This document shows, piece after piece, positions 27,676 to 36,760 of a stretch of 49,197 nucleotides of DNA (the first letter of the stretch is position 1; each line of letters opens with the position of its first letter). The position numbers and the translations under genes were made by a program. This DNA is from Candidatus Obscuribacteraceae bacterium (GTDB lineage Bacteria; Cyanobacteriota; Vampirovibrionia; Obscuribacterales; Obscuribacteraceae): positions 1 through 49,197 of the forward strand of contig JBGASG010000017.1 of the NCBI GenBank assembly GCA_044229845.1, read 5' to 3'. Below the pieces are notes generated by a model. It had not been told where the DNA came from, did no database searches, and was given only the letters and a program-made list of their open reading frames with translations.

Positions 27676-27803
27676 ATAGTCGCTCTAGATCGGGTACGAT
27701 CTCGGCTTATCCACTGGCAGCTGATGCACCACCGGCAGATCTACGCCGCCCACGTGCACAGGGACAGCAGGCAGCCAGGATTGGCGATTTTCCCGGAGGG
27801 GCT

Positions 27804-30098
27804 ATGGCTCAATTGAACGCGTACCAGCCACTGTACCTGAAACATCGACCACAGTCCCTCACCGATCTGGTCGGGCAGCAAGCTGTGACGCGCACCTTGA
27901 CCAACGCCATCGAACACAACCGGCTGACGCACGCCTACCTGTTTACCGGTCCGCGCGGTACCGGCAAAACCTCATCGGCACGCATTCTCGCCAAATCGCT
28001 CAACTGCCATGCCACCGAAGGACCGACTGCAACCCCCTGCCAACGTTGCTCGTCCTGTCTTGAAATTAAGAGCGGCAACTCGCCCGCCGTCTTCGAAATC
28101 GACGCCGCATCCAATAACAGCGTCGACGATGCTCGCACCTTGATCGAACGAGCGCCTCTGGTCGCAGTGGGCAGCCGTTTCAAGGTATATATCATCGACG
28201 AATGCCACATGCTCACCAAGGAAGCATTCAACGCCCTGCTGAAAACCATCGAAGATCCACCGAAGGGCGTCGTCTTCATTCTTGCCACCACCGAAGAACA
28301 CAAGGTCTTGCCCACCATTGTCAGTCGCTGCCAGCGCTTGATGTTCCGCCTGGCGCGCCTGGAAGACTTGACCGCCCACCTACAATCGGTGGCGCAAAAA
28401 GAAGGCATCGAAATCGAAGCATCCGCGTTGCAATTCATCGCCCGCCGCTCAGGAGGCGGTTTGCGGGATGCCCTCGGTCTCCTCGATCAAGCCAGCCTGC
28501 TCTCGTCCCCAGGCAAACCGGTCACCATGCCGGAGCTCCTCGGTCTTCTCGGCGCTTTGCACGAAGATGTGCTGCTCAAGATCAGCGCTGCAGTCCAGGC
28601 AAGAAACGGGCAAGAGCTGCTCTCAGCCGTTGCGGCGCTGCTCGATGAAGGACGCGAACCGGCGGTGATCGCCCAGGAACTCTCGCGGCACTTCCTCAAT
28701 TTGATCAAGGCTTCATACATGTCCGGCGGCGCGGACGCTACTGCGGTGACATCAGATGTGGTGCTGGGTTCGGCGCCCTATATTCAGGGCGTGACCGAGC
28801 AAGCACCGCATTTCGACCGGGCAGAACTGGCAATTATTCTGCAGAAACTCGACGAGCTCGAGCAGACATGCCGCCGCACCTCCCAGCCAGCCATGCATCT
28901 AGAAATAGGCATGATTTCGATCTGTCACCGTCGCGATTTCTCCATAATTGGCGAATTAGACTCGCGCCTCTCACAACTGGAGAGCGGCAATTCATCAGGG
29001 TCGACAGCGGGGCAGGCGGCATCTCCCGCGCGCCCGGCGGCACCGGTCAGCAGACCCAACCTGCCACCACCGGTGACACCGGCACCAGCGCAAGCAGCAG
29101 CACCGGCCGCATCGGCACCGGCGCCCGCAGCACCGGCCGCATCGGCGTCCGTCACAAACCCGGAACCTGCGTCACCCGACCCGATACCCGCCCCCGCGAC
29201 ACCAGCCGCGACACCAGCCGCGACACCAACGTCACCGACTCCTCCAACCGCAGAAGACGATACCGAGGAGATTCTCGCCGACGAAACTATAGAAGCGCCA
29301 GAACTCGATGACAGCGATGATCGCGAGCCGGAAGGAACCACCTACATCGAATCGGTAGCGGTAATCCCCGACCAAGCAGTGACACCACCAGCAGTACCAA
29401 ACTCCACTACGCCCAGCGCGCAGCAATCGACCGCCAGAGACAATACCGCCACCACTTCCGATACCACGTCAGGCGACGAAGACGACACCGGCGAAGACAT
29501 CGAGCACATCTGGTCGGAACTGCTCGCAGAATTGCAACAGCGGAATATTCCAACGTTCAGTATGGCCTCTACGCACGGCTTCCCGTTAGCGATTTCGCGC
29601 ACGATAATGGAAGTAGGCACCACTAAGGAAGTATTCCAGAAATCGCTCGAGCAGCGGGTGCAACACCTGCAAGCTGCGGCGCAGATAGTCTGCCGTCGCC
29701 CAATTGCTATCCGAGTCCGCCTTGTCAGCGCCGAAATGGCCGCTCCCCCTCAGAGCAAGCCTCGCCAGAGAGCCAGCGCCGGCCCACAACCTTCGTCGCA
29801 GACATCCAACGATGATGCTGACGAAATCGGTGAGCCGGCAACCCCGAACCCAATTCCGACCTCTATCTCGACGCCGGCTCCGCCCGCGTCAGCCGACAAA
29901 ACTCCTCCTGAAACAATTCCAGAGTCCGGTACTGAACCACGCAACTCTCCCCCACCGGCGCCAAACACCACGGCGGTCGAACAGCAGCATTTCGGCTCCG
30001 CCAGCAACGCCGTCGAACATGACGCAACGACCATCAAAGAGGCCTACAAGCTCTTTGAAGGTCCCGGCTCACGGCTGGTTCAGAAACCAAAGAACTAA
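27804..30098 (+). CDS. dnaX: DNA polymerase III subunit gamma/tau
   Basis: YLKHRPQ, HAYLFTGPRGTGKTS, EIDAASN, IIDECHML, FNALLKTIEDPP, SRCQ, GGLRDA; long Pro/Ala-rich linkers. Confidence 0.96.
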   Translation: MAQLNAYQPLYLKHRPQSLTDLVGQQAVTRTLTNAIEHNRLTHAYLFTGPRGTGKTSSARILAKSLNCHATEGPTATPCQRCSSCLEIKSGNSPAVFEIDAASNNSVDDARTLIERAPLVAVGSRFKVYIIDECHMLTKEAFNALLKTIEDPPKGVVFILATTEEHKVLPTIVSRCQRLMFRLARLEDLTAHLQSVAQKEGIEIEASALQFIARRSGGGLRDALGLLDQASLLSSPGKPVTMPELLGLLGALHEDVLLKISAAVQARNGQELLSAVAALLDEGREPAVIAQELSRHFLNLIKASYMSGGADATAVTSDVVLGSAPYIQGVTEQAPHFDRAELAIILQKLDELEQTCRRTSQPAMHLEIGMISICHRRDFSIIGELDSRLSQLESGNSSGSTAGQAASPARPAAPVSRPNLPPPVTPAPAQAAAPAASAPAPAAPAASASVTNPEPASPDPIPAPATPAATPAATPTSPTPPTAEDDTEEILADETIEAPELDDSDDREPEGTTYIESVAVIPDQAVTPPAVPNSTTPSAQQSTARDNTATTSDTTSGDEDDTGEDIEHIWSELLAELQQRNIPTFSMASTHGFPLAISRTIMEVGTTKEVFQKSLEQRVQHLQAAAQIVCRRPIAIRVRLVSAEMAAPPQSKPRQRASAGPQPSSQTSNDDADEIGEPATPNPIPTSISTPAPPASADKTPPETIPESGTEPRNSPPPAPNTTAVEQQHFGSASNAVEHDATTIKEAYKLFEGPGSRLVQKPKN

Positions 30099-30151
30099 GA
30101 GAAAATGCCGTCGATTTTGCCCCAAGCGCGTCCACGCGCCTGTACAACCCA

Positions 30152-30179
30152 GAAACTGAATTGATATCAATTCAGTTTC
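30152..30179. repeat. Dispersed palindrome copy (28 bp perfect)
   Basis: GAAACTGAATTGAT|ATCAATTCAGTTTC, between convergent dnaX and acylphosphatase. Confidence 0.97.
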
Positions 30180-30220
30180 CAAAACGGGGAAATGCCACCT
30201 GGTGGGCGCTGCGATACTTT

Positions 30221-30514
30221 TCAGCGGATATCAAACCGTCCGTGGTGCGAGGCGGCATCGGTCGTTTCTTCTTCTGAGACCTTCACATCTTTGACTAGCG
30301 ATGAGGGCGGTCCTTGGTGACACCAGCGTATAAGTTCGTCGACGCTCGCACGTGGACCGACAGCTTCGACACTGACAGCTCCGTCATCATCGTTTTTCAC
30401 CCAGCCCGACAAGCCAAGTAGCTTGGCTTTATCTTTTGTCGTCTGTCTATAGAAGACTCCCTGAACACGTCCTACAATCTTCAGACGAACCCTTACTAAC
30501 TCGTTATTTGACAT
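30221..30514 (-). CDS. acyP: Acylphosphatase
   Basis: GRVQGVFYR, GWVKN..DG.V, W.HQGPP. ATG 30514 gives the typical ~97-aa length. Confidence 0.92.
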   Translation of the reverse strand: MSNNELVRVRLKIVGRVQGVFYRQTTKDKAKLLGLSGWVKNDDDGAVSVEAVGPRASVDELIRWCHQGPPSSLVKDVKVSEEETTDAASHHGRFDIR

Positions 30515-30667
30515 GAGAGTGCCATTTTGGGGTGGTGGTAATGCTCTTAGGTAAATTAACCTCAATTTCTGGGGGTTTCTTGCCTCCTTATTAGACATGA
30601 GTCGTTTTTAAGGGGAATATTAAAACTGACGTTGTAGGCTCCTATTTCGGTTTTATACAAGAACGGC

Positions 30668-32344
30668 ATGCTTAAGGATCTGGCCAGTCAGAAGAAAAGC
30701 GACAGGGAAGTTATCCTTGCCGCCATCAACTCGCTTAAAGCCAAAGGCTGGCACATAAACCCATACACAGTGGCGGACGAGGCAAGAATTGCTCGCTCCG
30801 TCATCGTGCGCTCCAGCGAATACATGGACCTGGTTTCAAAGGCGCGAGGCAAGGCCGTCGCCACAACCAACCAGGTCTCGGACGAGCTGATGCGGCAGGT
30901 CGACCTCCTGGAAGAGGAGAATCGCGGACTCAAAGACCGCCTGGCTAACCTCACCCAGCAATGTGAACTTCTGGCTCTCAACGTGCAGGAAGCGTTTCAG
31001 CAAGGTTATACGACAGCCAAAGCAGAACTGGCGCTAGCCAGTGGGTTGCAGGACATCGTGCGAACAGGCACCGTCAGTAGTGGCGATACCAAACCCAGCA
31101 ATGACTTCTCAAATCACGTTCCGCACGCCCAACTCTACGAAACTCCCTCTTCATCAATCCCGCCAGCACCTGCGTACACGCATGAGGCTGCACAGCAATT
31201 CAATTCCGAAGAGCGTGGATATAGCGGCGACCAGACGACCGACTACCCGAAACCCTCACTGGATGGCTTCCAGGACGAAAGTCTCTATCAGGGCGAAGAG
31301 GATTCGTCCGAGGAAGAGAGCGAGAGCGGGGAAGACACCGGAACCGAGCCCCTGTCCTACTCACACGGAGATGAAGACGAACAGGAATGGACGGATCAGG
31401 GCTCCGAAGAGGAAGATCAGGCTGCGGTCCAGTCGGGAGCGCTCCAACAACACGATGGGGCGCAGCCAGAGTTGTACGAGGTGGACGAGCATGAGGAAGA
31501 CTCCACGGTAGAAACGGCTGAGCATGAGGTTTTCATCGCCAGTCATATTCCAGAATTACAGGAAGAACAAGCAGTAGATGCCTTTTCAGCGCGCCTGCTC
31601 GCCGCTCTAAACACAGAAGGCTCGGAAGCCGAGGTCGATCCGGACAGCGGGCTTGGCGGACAGCGTTATGACACCGGTGAGTTTGCCGAGACGGACATTC
31701 CCGACTGGGATGCGCTCGCTGAAATGGAGGAAGAAGCCTGGGAAGACGCCGGAAATCCCGCCAACCATTCAACTCAGCCTGCAGACGACTTCAACCAGAA
31801 TCTCAGCGCATTGGGAAGCATCCCGCCGCCGCCCGCTGCAGCCGTTGCGCCGACAGCGCCAACAGCGCCGACCGCACCGGCAGCACCGGACCCGAACAAA
31901 TTCAATCCCGACGACCTCAGACAACTGGTCAACAATCAACTCGAACACAATGTCAGCGCACCGCACGAGGAACCGGCTCCAGGTGAACCAGCTTCAGCCG
32001 TGCATACGCAACCGGAGCGCTCGAACAAGTTTGTCGGTTCGAACCGGCAAGGCTCGGAAGCGCTGGCCGCTCCGTCACCGGTATCACGGATGGTGCCACC
32101 GGAAATTCGTAAAGCTTGCTTGATCCTCGGTATCAAGAGCGACGAGATCACCCGGGAAAATGTCAACCGCGCCTGGAAAATGGAAATGGCCAAACCCGGG
32201 GTGCACCCGGACACCGGTGGCGACACCGAAATTGCCATCTACATCAACAATGCCAAGGAATCGCTGATGAAGTGGCTCGACATGCAAGCCCCCAAACTCG
32301 GCAAGAAATTTGGCGGCGGCGGCGGTGGCGCAAAACCGAAATAA
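30668..32344 (+). CDS. Hypothetical protein: N-terminal HTH-like/coiled coil, acidic disordered middle, C-terminal J-like domain
   Basis: C-terminal ACLILGI..ITRENVNRAWK..HPDTGG..INNAKE.L carries the J-domain HPD motif. Confidence 0.75.
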   Translation: MLKDLASQKKSDREVILAAINSLKAKGWHINPYTVADEARIARSVIVRSSEYMDLVSKARGKAVATTNQVSDELMRQVDLLEEENRGLKDRLANLTQQCELLALNVQEAFQQGYTTAKAELALASGLQDIVRTGTVSSGDTKPSNDFSNHVPHAQLYETPSSSIPPAPAYTHEAAQQFNSEERGYSGDQTTDYPKPSLDGFQDESLYQGEEDSSEEESESGEDTGTEPLSYSHGDEDEQEWTDQGSEEEDQAAVQSGALQQHDGAQPELYEVDEHEEDSTVETAEHEVFIASHIPELQEEQAVDAFSARLLAALNTEGSEAEVDPDSGLGGQRYDTGEFAETDIPDWDALAEMEEEAWEDAGNPANHSTQPADDFNQNLSALGSIPPPPAAAVAPTAPTAPTAPAAPDPNKFNPDDLRQLVNNQLEHNVSAPHEEPAPGEPASAVHTQPERSNKFVGSNRQGSEALAAPSPVSRMVPPEIRKACLILGIKSDEITRENVNRAWKMEMAKPGVHPDTGGDTEIAIYINNAKESLMKWLDMQAPKLGKKFGGGGGGAKPK

Positions 32345-32427
32345 TTGCGTGCTTTCTGACATCTTGATGTGAATTTTCGGGTATTGTTAGACGTCCCGAA
32401 GTTCAGTGTCCGAAAGGTTACTTTCCT

Positions 32428-33849
32428 ATGGCCAAACCAGTGGTTGCCATTGTCGGCCGCCCCAACGTCGGCAAATCAACATTCTTCAACAGATGTGTCG
32501 GAGCGCGCGATGCCATCGTCTACGACACACCCGGCGTGACCCGGGATCGCCTCTACCGCGAAGTTGAGTGGTCGGGCTATAAGTTTCTGCTTGTCGACAC
32601 GGGCGGACTAATGCCCGATGCCACCGAAGAGATCACGGGACAGGTAAAGCAACAAGTCAATCTGGCTATCGAAGAAGCAGACGTGATCATCTTCATCGTC
32701 GACGGTAAGCAAGGCATGACGGGAGCCGATGAAGACATCGCTAATATGCTGCGCCGCACCAAGAAGCCGCTGATTCTAGCTGCCAACAAAATCGACGAGC
32801 CGCACGAAGAAGCCAACCTGCTGGAATTCTACAAGCTGGGCATCGGAGATCCGCACCCGCTCTCGGCTCTGCGCGGTTCCGGCGGAGTGGGCGACCTGCT
32901 CGATGTGATCATCGAAGCGCTGCCCGAGCATTTACGACAGCGCGAAACCCACAACGGCGACAACTTCTCCAACACCGGCAGAGCCGGCGGCGGATATGAC
33001 GGAGGCGATTCTGAAGAACCAAGCCTCGACGAACAACGCGACGAAAGTAAGCTTTCCATCGCCATAGTCGGGCGCCCCAATGTCGGCAAATCATCGCTGG
33101 TCAACGCGCTCTCCGGCAGGCAACGGACCATCGTCAGCCCGGTTCCCGGCACCACACGCGACAGCATCGACTTGGTGATCAATCACGGCACCAAGGAGAT
33201 CACTCTCGTCGACACCGCCGGTATCCGGCGCAAGTCAAAAGTAGACTTCGGAGTCGAAGCGTTCTCCGTGGTGCGCGCCCTGCGCGCTATCGATCGCTCG
33301 GATGTAGCAGTGATCATGCTCGACGCCACACAAAACATCGCCGACCAGGATCAAAAAATTGCCTCCAAAATCGATGAGGGCGGCAAAGCCTGCGTCGTGG
33401 CATTCAACAAATGGGACTTGATCGAAGACAAATCCTCCAAGCTCATGAAAGAGTTTCAGGAAAGCGTGATCACCGATCTCCCGCACCTGAAGTGGGCGGA
33501 AGTCGTCTTCATTTCGGCGCACACAAAACAACGGCTACCCAAAATTCTGGAAGCCGCAGAGCGCGCCTTCGCCGAAACGCGCCGACGCGTCAGCACCTCA
33601 CTGCTCAATCAGATCATCAATGAAGCACAGACCTTGACTCCACCGCCCTCGGCCAGTCGCGGACGTCGGCTGCGCATCTATTACGCCACCCAGGTTGGGG
33701 TCTCGCCGCCGACATTCGTGCTTTTCGTCAACGACAACAAACTGCTCACCGACAGCTACAAAGTGTATCTGGAGAGGAAACTGCGCGAAGCCTTCGGCTT
33801 CAAAGGCACTCCGCTGAGACTGATCGCACGGCCCAAGAAACGGCAGTAG
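32428..33849 (+). CDS. der: Ribosome biogenesis GTPase Der (EngA)
   Basis: Two GRPNVGKS P-loops, PGVTRD/PGTTRD, DTGG/DTAG, C-terminal KH-like domain (PPTFVLFVN, FGFKGTP). Confidence 0.97.
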   Translation: MAKPVVAIVGRPNVGKSTFFNRCVGARDAIVYDTPGVTRDRLYREVEWSGYKFLLVDTGGLMPDATEEITGQVKQQVNLAIEEADVIIFIVDGKQGMTGADEDIANMLRRTKKPLILAANKIDEPHEEANLLEFYKLGIGDPHPLSALRGSGGVGDLLDVIIEALPEHLRQRETHNGDNFSNTGRAGGGYDGGDSEEPSLDEQRDESKLSIAIVGRPNVGKSSLVNALSGRQRTIVSPVPGTTRDSIDLVINHGTKEITLVDTAGIRRKSKVDFGVEAFSVVRALRAIDRSDVAVIMLDATQNIADQDQKIASKIDEGGKACVVAFNKWDLIEDKSSKLMKEFQESVITDLPHLKWAEVVFISAHTKQRLPKILEAAERAFAETRRRVSTSLLNQIINEAQTLTPPPSASRGRRLRIYYATQVGVSPPTFVLFVNDNKLLTDSYKVYLERKLREAFGFKGTPLRLIARPKKRQ

Positions 33850-33859
33850 GAGAATCGCG

Positions 33860-34621
33860 TTGTTCGGCTGGCTTCTGGCTATTCTTGCGGGCTACCTTTT
33901 GGGATCCATCCCTACCGGCTACTGGGTTGGGAAACTAGTCAAAGGCATCGATATCCGTGAACACGGCTCTAAGTCCACCGGCGCCACCAATGTCTTGCGA
34001 TGCGTCGGCAAGGGTCCGGCCTTGTTCGTTTTCCTCTTCGACATATTCAAAGCTTACGCTCCCGTCTGGGTGTCATCCACCTACACGCGCGAGATATCCC
34101 AGCTGGGACCAGCGATGCCCGAACAACTGATGGGCTGGCACGTGCTACCAACAGCGGTGGCAGTCATGGAACTGCTCGGACACAGCAAATCAATCTTCCT
34201 CGGCTTCACAGGCGGTGGCAAAAGCGCTGCCGTCGCCCTCGGCAGTGTGTTCGCCATGAATCCACTGGCAGCTCTTTTATCGTTCATTACCTGGCTGACA
34301 ATACTGGGCTTGAGTCGCTTTGTTTCTCTGGCATCGATTCTAGCGACAGCGAGTTCCGCAGTCTGGGTCTATCTGGTCAACACATACTTCCACGAGCATC
34401 CGCAATGGGCGTACATCCTTTACTGCTCGGTCGGCGGCTCCTACGTCATCTACCGCCACAAGGCTAATATCAAACGACTCTTGTCTGGAACCGAGCCCAA
34501 AATTGGTCAGAAAGCCGACACCGAAAAAGGTGAAACAACTGACCAGTCCAATGCGAAAAAACCAGCAGACAAAGACAAAACAAAAAACGCCGAAATTTCC
34601 AACCCGAAGAGCAACGACTGA
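33860..34621 (+). CDS. plsY: Glycerol-3-phosphate acyltransferase PlsY
   Basis: YLLGSIPTG, DIREHGS.STGATNVLR, GGGK.AA, RFVSLAS, RHKANIKRL..GTEPK; located after der. Confidence 0.94.
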   Translation: MFGWLLAILAGYLLGSIPTGYWVGKLVKGIDIREHGSKSTGATNVLRCVGKGPALFVFLFDIFKAYAPVWVSSTYTREISQLGPAMPEQLMGWHVLPTAVAVMELLGHSKSIFLGFTGGGKSAAVALGSVFAMNPLAALLSFITWLTILGLSRFVSLASILATASSAVWVYLVNTYFHEHPQWAYILYCSVGGSYVIYRHKANIKRLLSGTEPKIGQKADTEKGETTDQSNAKKPADKDKTKNAEISNPKSND

Positions 34622-34643
34622 AAATTCATACTGACTACCGTAG

Positions 34644-34669
34644 AAACTGAATTGATATCAATTCAGTTT
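34644..34669. repeat. Dispersed palindrome copy (26 bp perfect)
   Basis: AAACTGAATTGAT|ATCAATTCAGTTT. Confidence 0.97.
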
Positions 34670-34678
34670 GCAGCCCGG

Positions 34679-34702
34679 AACTGAAGTGATATCAATTCAC
34701 TT
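34679..34702. repeat. Adjacent degenerate palindrome copy (2 mismatches)
   Basis: AACTGAAGTGATATCAATTCACTT, centred 34 bp from the previous copy. Confidence 0.85.
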
Positions 34703-34764
34703 ATTGGCGAGGTCACGGACGGGGCGCGTACAATGGGCCGCCAGAAGAGATTTTGGGGGCAAAA

Positions 34765-35865
34765 ATGCTGTCCAGAGAATATTTACCGCTTGTTGCCGTG
34801 ATTATCGCAGTGTTGGGTTTTTCAAAGGCTGGGGCGGCAGCTGGACCACAAAAACCGGCAGTCCTCAAAACTAATCAGTCGCAGGTCAAACTCACTCCTG
34901 ACGAACAGGCAAATATTCGCGTCTACGAAGTCGCCAACCGAGCCGTCGTCAACATCACAACTTTGGCGAGCACCCCAGAAGAAGCCATGTTCGGCATTTT
35001 GCCCCACGCCGGCAGTGGATCGGGTGCCATCGTCAGCACCCAGGGATATATCGTCACCAATTTGCATGTTCTTGAGAACGCGCAGACTATTCGAGTCACA
35101 TTGTTCGATGGCACAACCGAAACAGCGGAACTAGTGGGAGCTGACCCACCCAACGACATCGCCGTCATCAAAATAAATCCCAAGAGCCGCAAGCTGACCG
35201 CCATCGCTATGGGCGATTCGTCGAACCTGGTCGTCGGCAGACGCGTATTCGCCATTGGCAACCCATTTGGACTGGAGCGCACGATGACGCAGGGCATCGT
35301 TTCCAGCATCGGCAGATCGCTGCGAACAGAATCAGGTCGGATGGTGAAGGGAATTATTCAAACAGACGCAGCAATCAATCCGGGCAACTCCGGCGGTCCG
35401 CTCCTCGATACCGAAGCACGCATGGTCGGCTTGAATACCGCGATTCTCAGCCGATCCGGACAGTCGGCGGGTATCGGATTTGCCATCCCGGTCAGCATCG
35501 TCAAACGGCTGGTGCCGGAGTTGATCGCCAACCACCGCATCATTCGGCCGGACCTGGGCATTTTGCAGGTCCAGCAAGTCGATGGCGGTCTGCGCATCAT
35601 ACGCCTGGATCCCAAGGGCCCGGCAGCGGAAGCCGGACTTTCCGGACCCAAATTCAGCATCTACAAAAGCGGCGGCTTCACCATTCAAAACCAGGACGTC
35701 AGTGTGGCTGATGTCATTACCGGTATCGACGATGTCAAAGTGAAGTCAGCCGATGATCTGCTGGCTTATGTCGAAACAAAGAAACCTGGGCAGACGGTGA
35801 CACTGAACATTGTCAGGCGAGGGAAGTTGATAAAAGTCACTGTAAAATTAGCTGTCAGCGCTTGA
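34765..35865 (+). CDS. HtrA/DegS-like serine protease with one PDZ domain
   Basis: Signal peptide, GSGSG, IVTNLHV, DIAVIK, IQTDAAINPGNSGGPL, C-terminal PDZ. Confidence 0.93.
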   Translation: MLSREYLPLVAVIIAVLGFSKAGAAAGPQKPAVLKTNQSQVKLTPDEQANIRVYEVANRAVVNITTLASTPEEAMFGILPHAGSGSGAIVSTQGYIVTNLHVLENAQTIRVTLFDGTTETAELVGADPPNDIAVIKINPKSRKLTAIAMGDSSNLVVGRRVFAIGNPFGLERTMTQGIVSSIGRSLRTESGRMVKGIIQTDAAINPGNSGGPLLDTEARMVGLNTAILSRSGQSAGIGFAIPVSIVKRLVPELIANHRIIRPDLGILQVQQVDGGLRIIRLDPKGPAAEAGLSGPKFSIYKSGGFTIQNQDVSVADVITGIDDVKVKSADDLLAYVETKKPGQTVTLNIVRRGKLIKVTVKLAVSA

Positions 35866-35877
35866 ACGGAGCCAATT

Positions 35878-36606
35878 TTGAGCAGAATCCTCGTAATCGA
35901 CGACGACACGGCTATCGCAGAACTTATTAAGGTCAATCTCGATCTCCTGGGACACCAGGTGACGACCGCCAACGACGGCATCAAGGGGTTGGCGCTTGCT
36001 CAGCAGAATCGTCCGGATCTGATCGTTCTCGACGTCATGATGCCGGACCTCGATGGATTTACTGTTTGTCAGAGACTGCGGCAGAATTCGTCGACCAACG
36101 GCATACCAATTTTGATGCTGACAGCACTCGGCATGACCAAAGATAAGGTCAAAGGATTTGATTCCGGCGCCGATGATTATTTGACCAAACCGTTTGAAAT
36201 TCCAGAACTGCAAGTGCGCGTGCGGGCCCTACTGCGGCGCGCCGGTTCGGTGCCGCAATCGGCTTCTCTGCCGGAGATTCTCACCGCCGGCGAAATCACC
36301 TTGATTCCGGAGAATTTGCAAGCCAAGGTCAAGGAACGCATCGTCAAACTGACGCCTACAGAATTCGAAATTCTGCACTGCTTGATGCAGCACCACGGAC
36401 AGACAGTCTCCACCGGCAAGCTGCTGGAAGAAGTCTGGGGCTATTCGCCAGATGACGACGTCGATACGATTCGGGTGCACATTCGGCACCTGCGCACCCG
36501 TCTTGAGACCCCCGATCGCAAATACATCCGCACCGTATATGGTGGCGGATATCAGCTGATCGCCGAAGGATTCGCCAAACAGGCCGGCGACAAAGACCAG
36601 GACTAA
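35878..36606 (+). CDS. rpaA: OmpR-family response regulator, RpaA orthologue-like
   Basis: [69 protein letters not shown] match cyanobacterial RpaA as recalled. Confidence 0.85.
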   Translation: MSRILVIDDDTAIAELIKVNLDLLGHQVTTANDGIKGLALAQQNRPDLIVLDVMMPDLDGFTVCQRLRQNSSTNGIPILMLTALGMTKDKVKGFDSGADDYLTKPFEIPELQVRVRALLRRAGSVPQSASLPEILTAGEITLIPENLQAKVKERIVKLTPTEFEILHCLMQHHGQTVSTGKLLEEVWGYSPDDDVDTIRVHIRHLRTRLETPDRKYIRTVYGGGYQLIAEGFAKQAGDKDQD

Positions 36607-36760
36607 CTTTAGCCAGGACCGAACCAGGACCGAACAGGGCAGATCGAGTCTACGGTCGAGCTTCAAACTCAAGCCTGAAACTCAGCTTGCACTCAGCTTT
36701 GGCGCCTCCGTTGATTAAACCCGAGCGGCCCGGGCAACCGATCCGATACAATACATATAT

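Noticed and set aside
27707..27715. DnaA box upstream of dnaX (TTATCCACT)
   Set aside because: A single 8/9 match with no cluster is expected by chance.
27676..27803. SRP RNA (ffs), often found upstream of dnaX
   Set aside because: The conserved CAGG..GGAA..AGCAG helix-8 pattern is not recognisable.
28900..29500. Programmed dnaX frameshift producing gamma
   Set aside because: No AAAAAAG or long A-run slippery site was seen after domain III.
30504..30601. TTATT(T/A)GACATGAG direct repeat 84 bp apart, giving two MSN starts for acylphosphatase
   Set aside because: Only two copies, one overlapping the start codon; too weak to call a site, and the longer ORF start looks non-coding.
32938..33048. 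Extended Gly/acidic linker between the Der GTPase domains
   Set aside because: This linker is known to be acidic and variable in length.
929..34702. Palindrome copies as a CRISPR array
   Set aside because: Copies are kilobases apart with no regular spacers, and there are no cas genes in the window.
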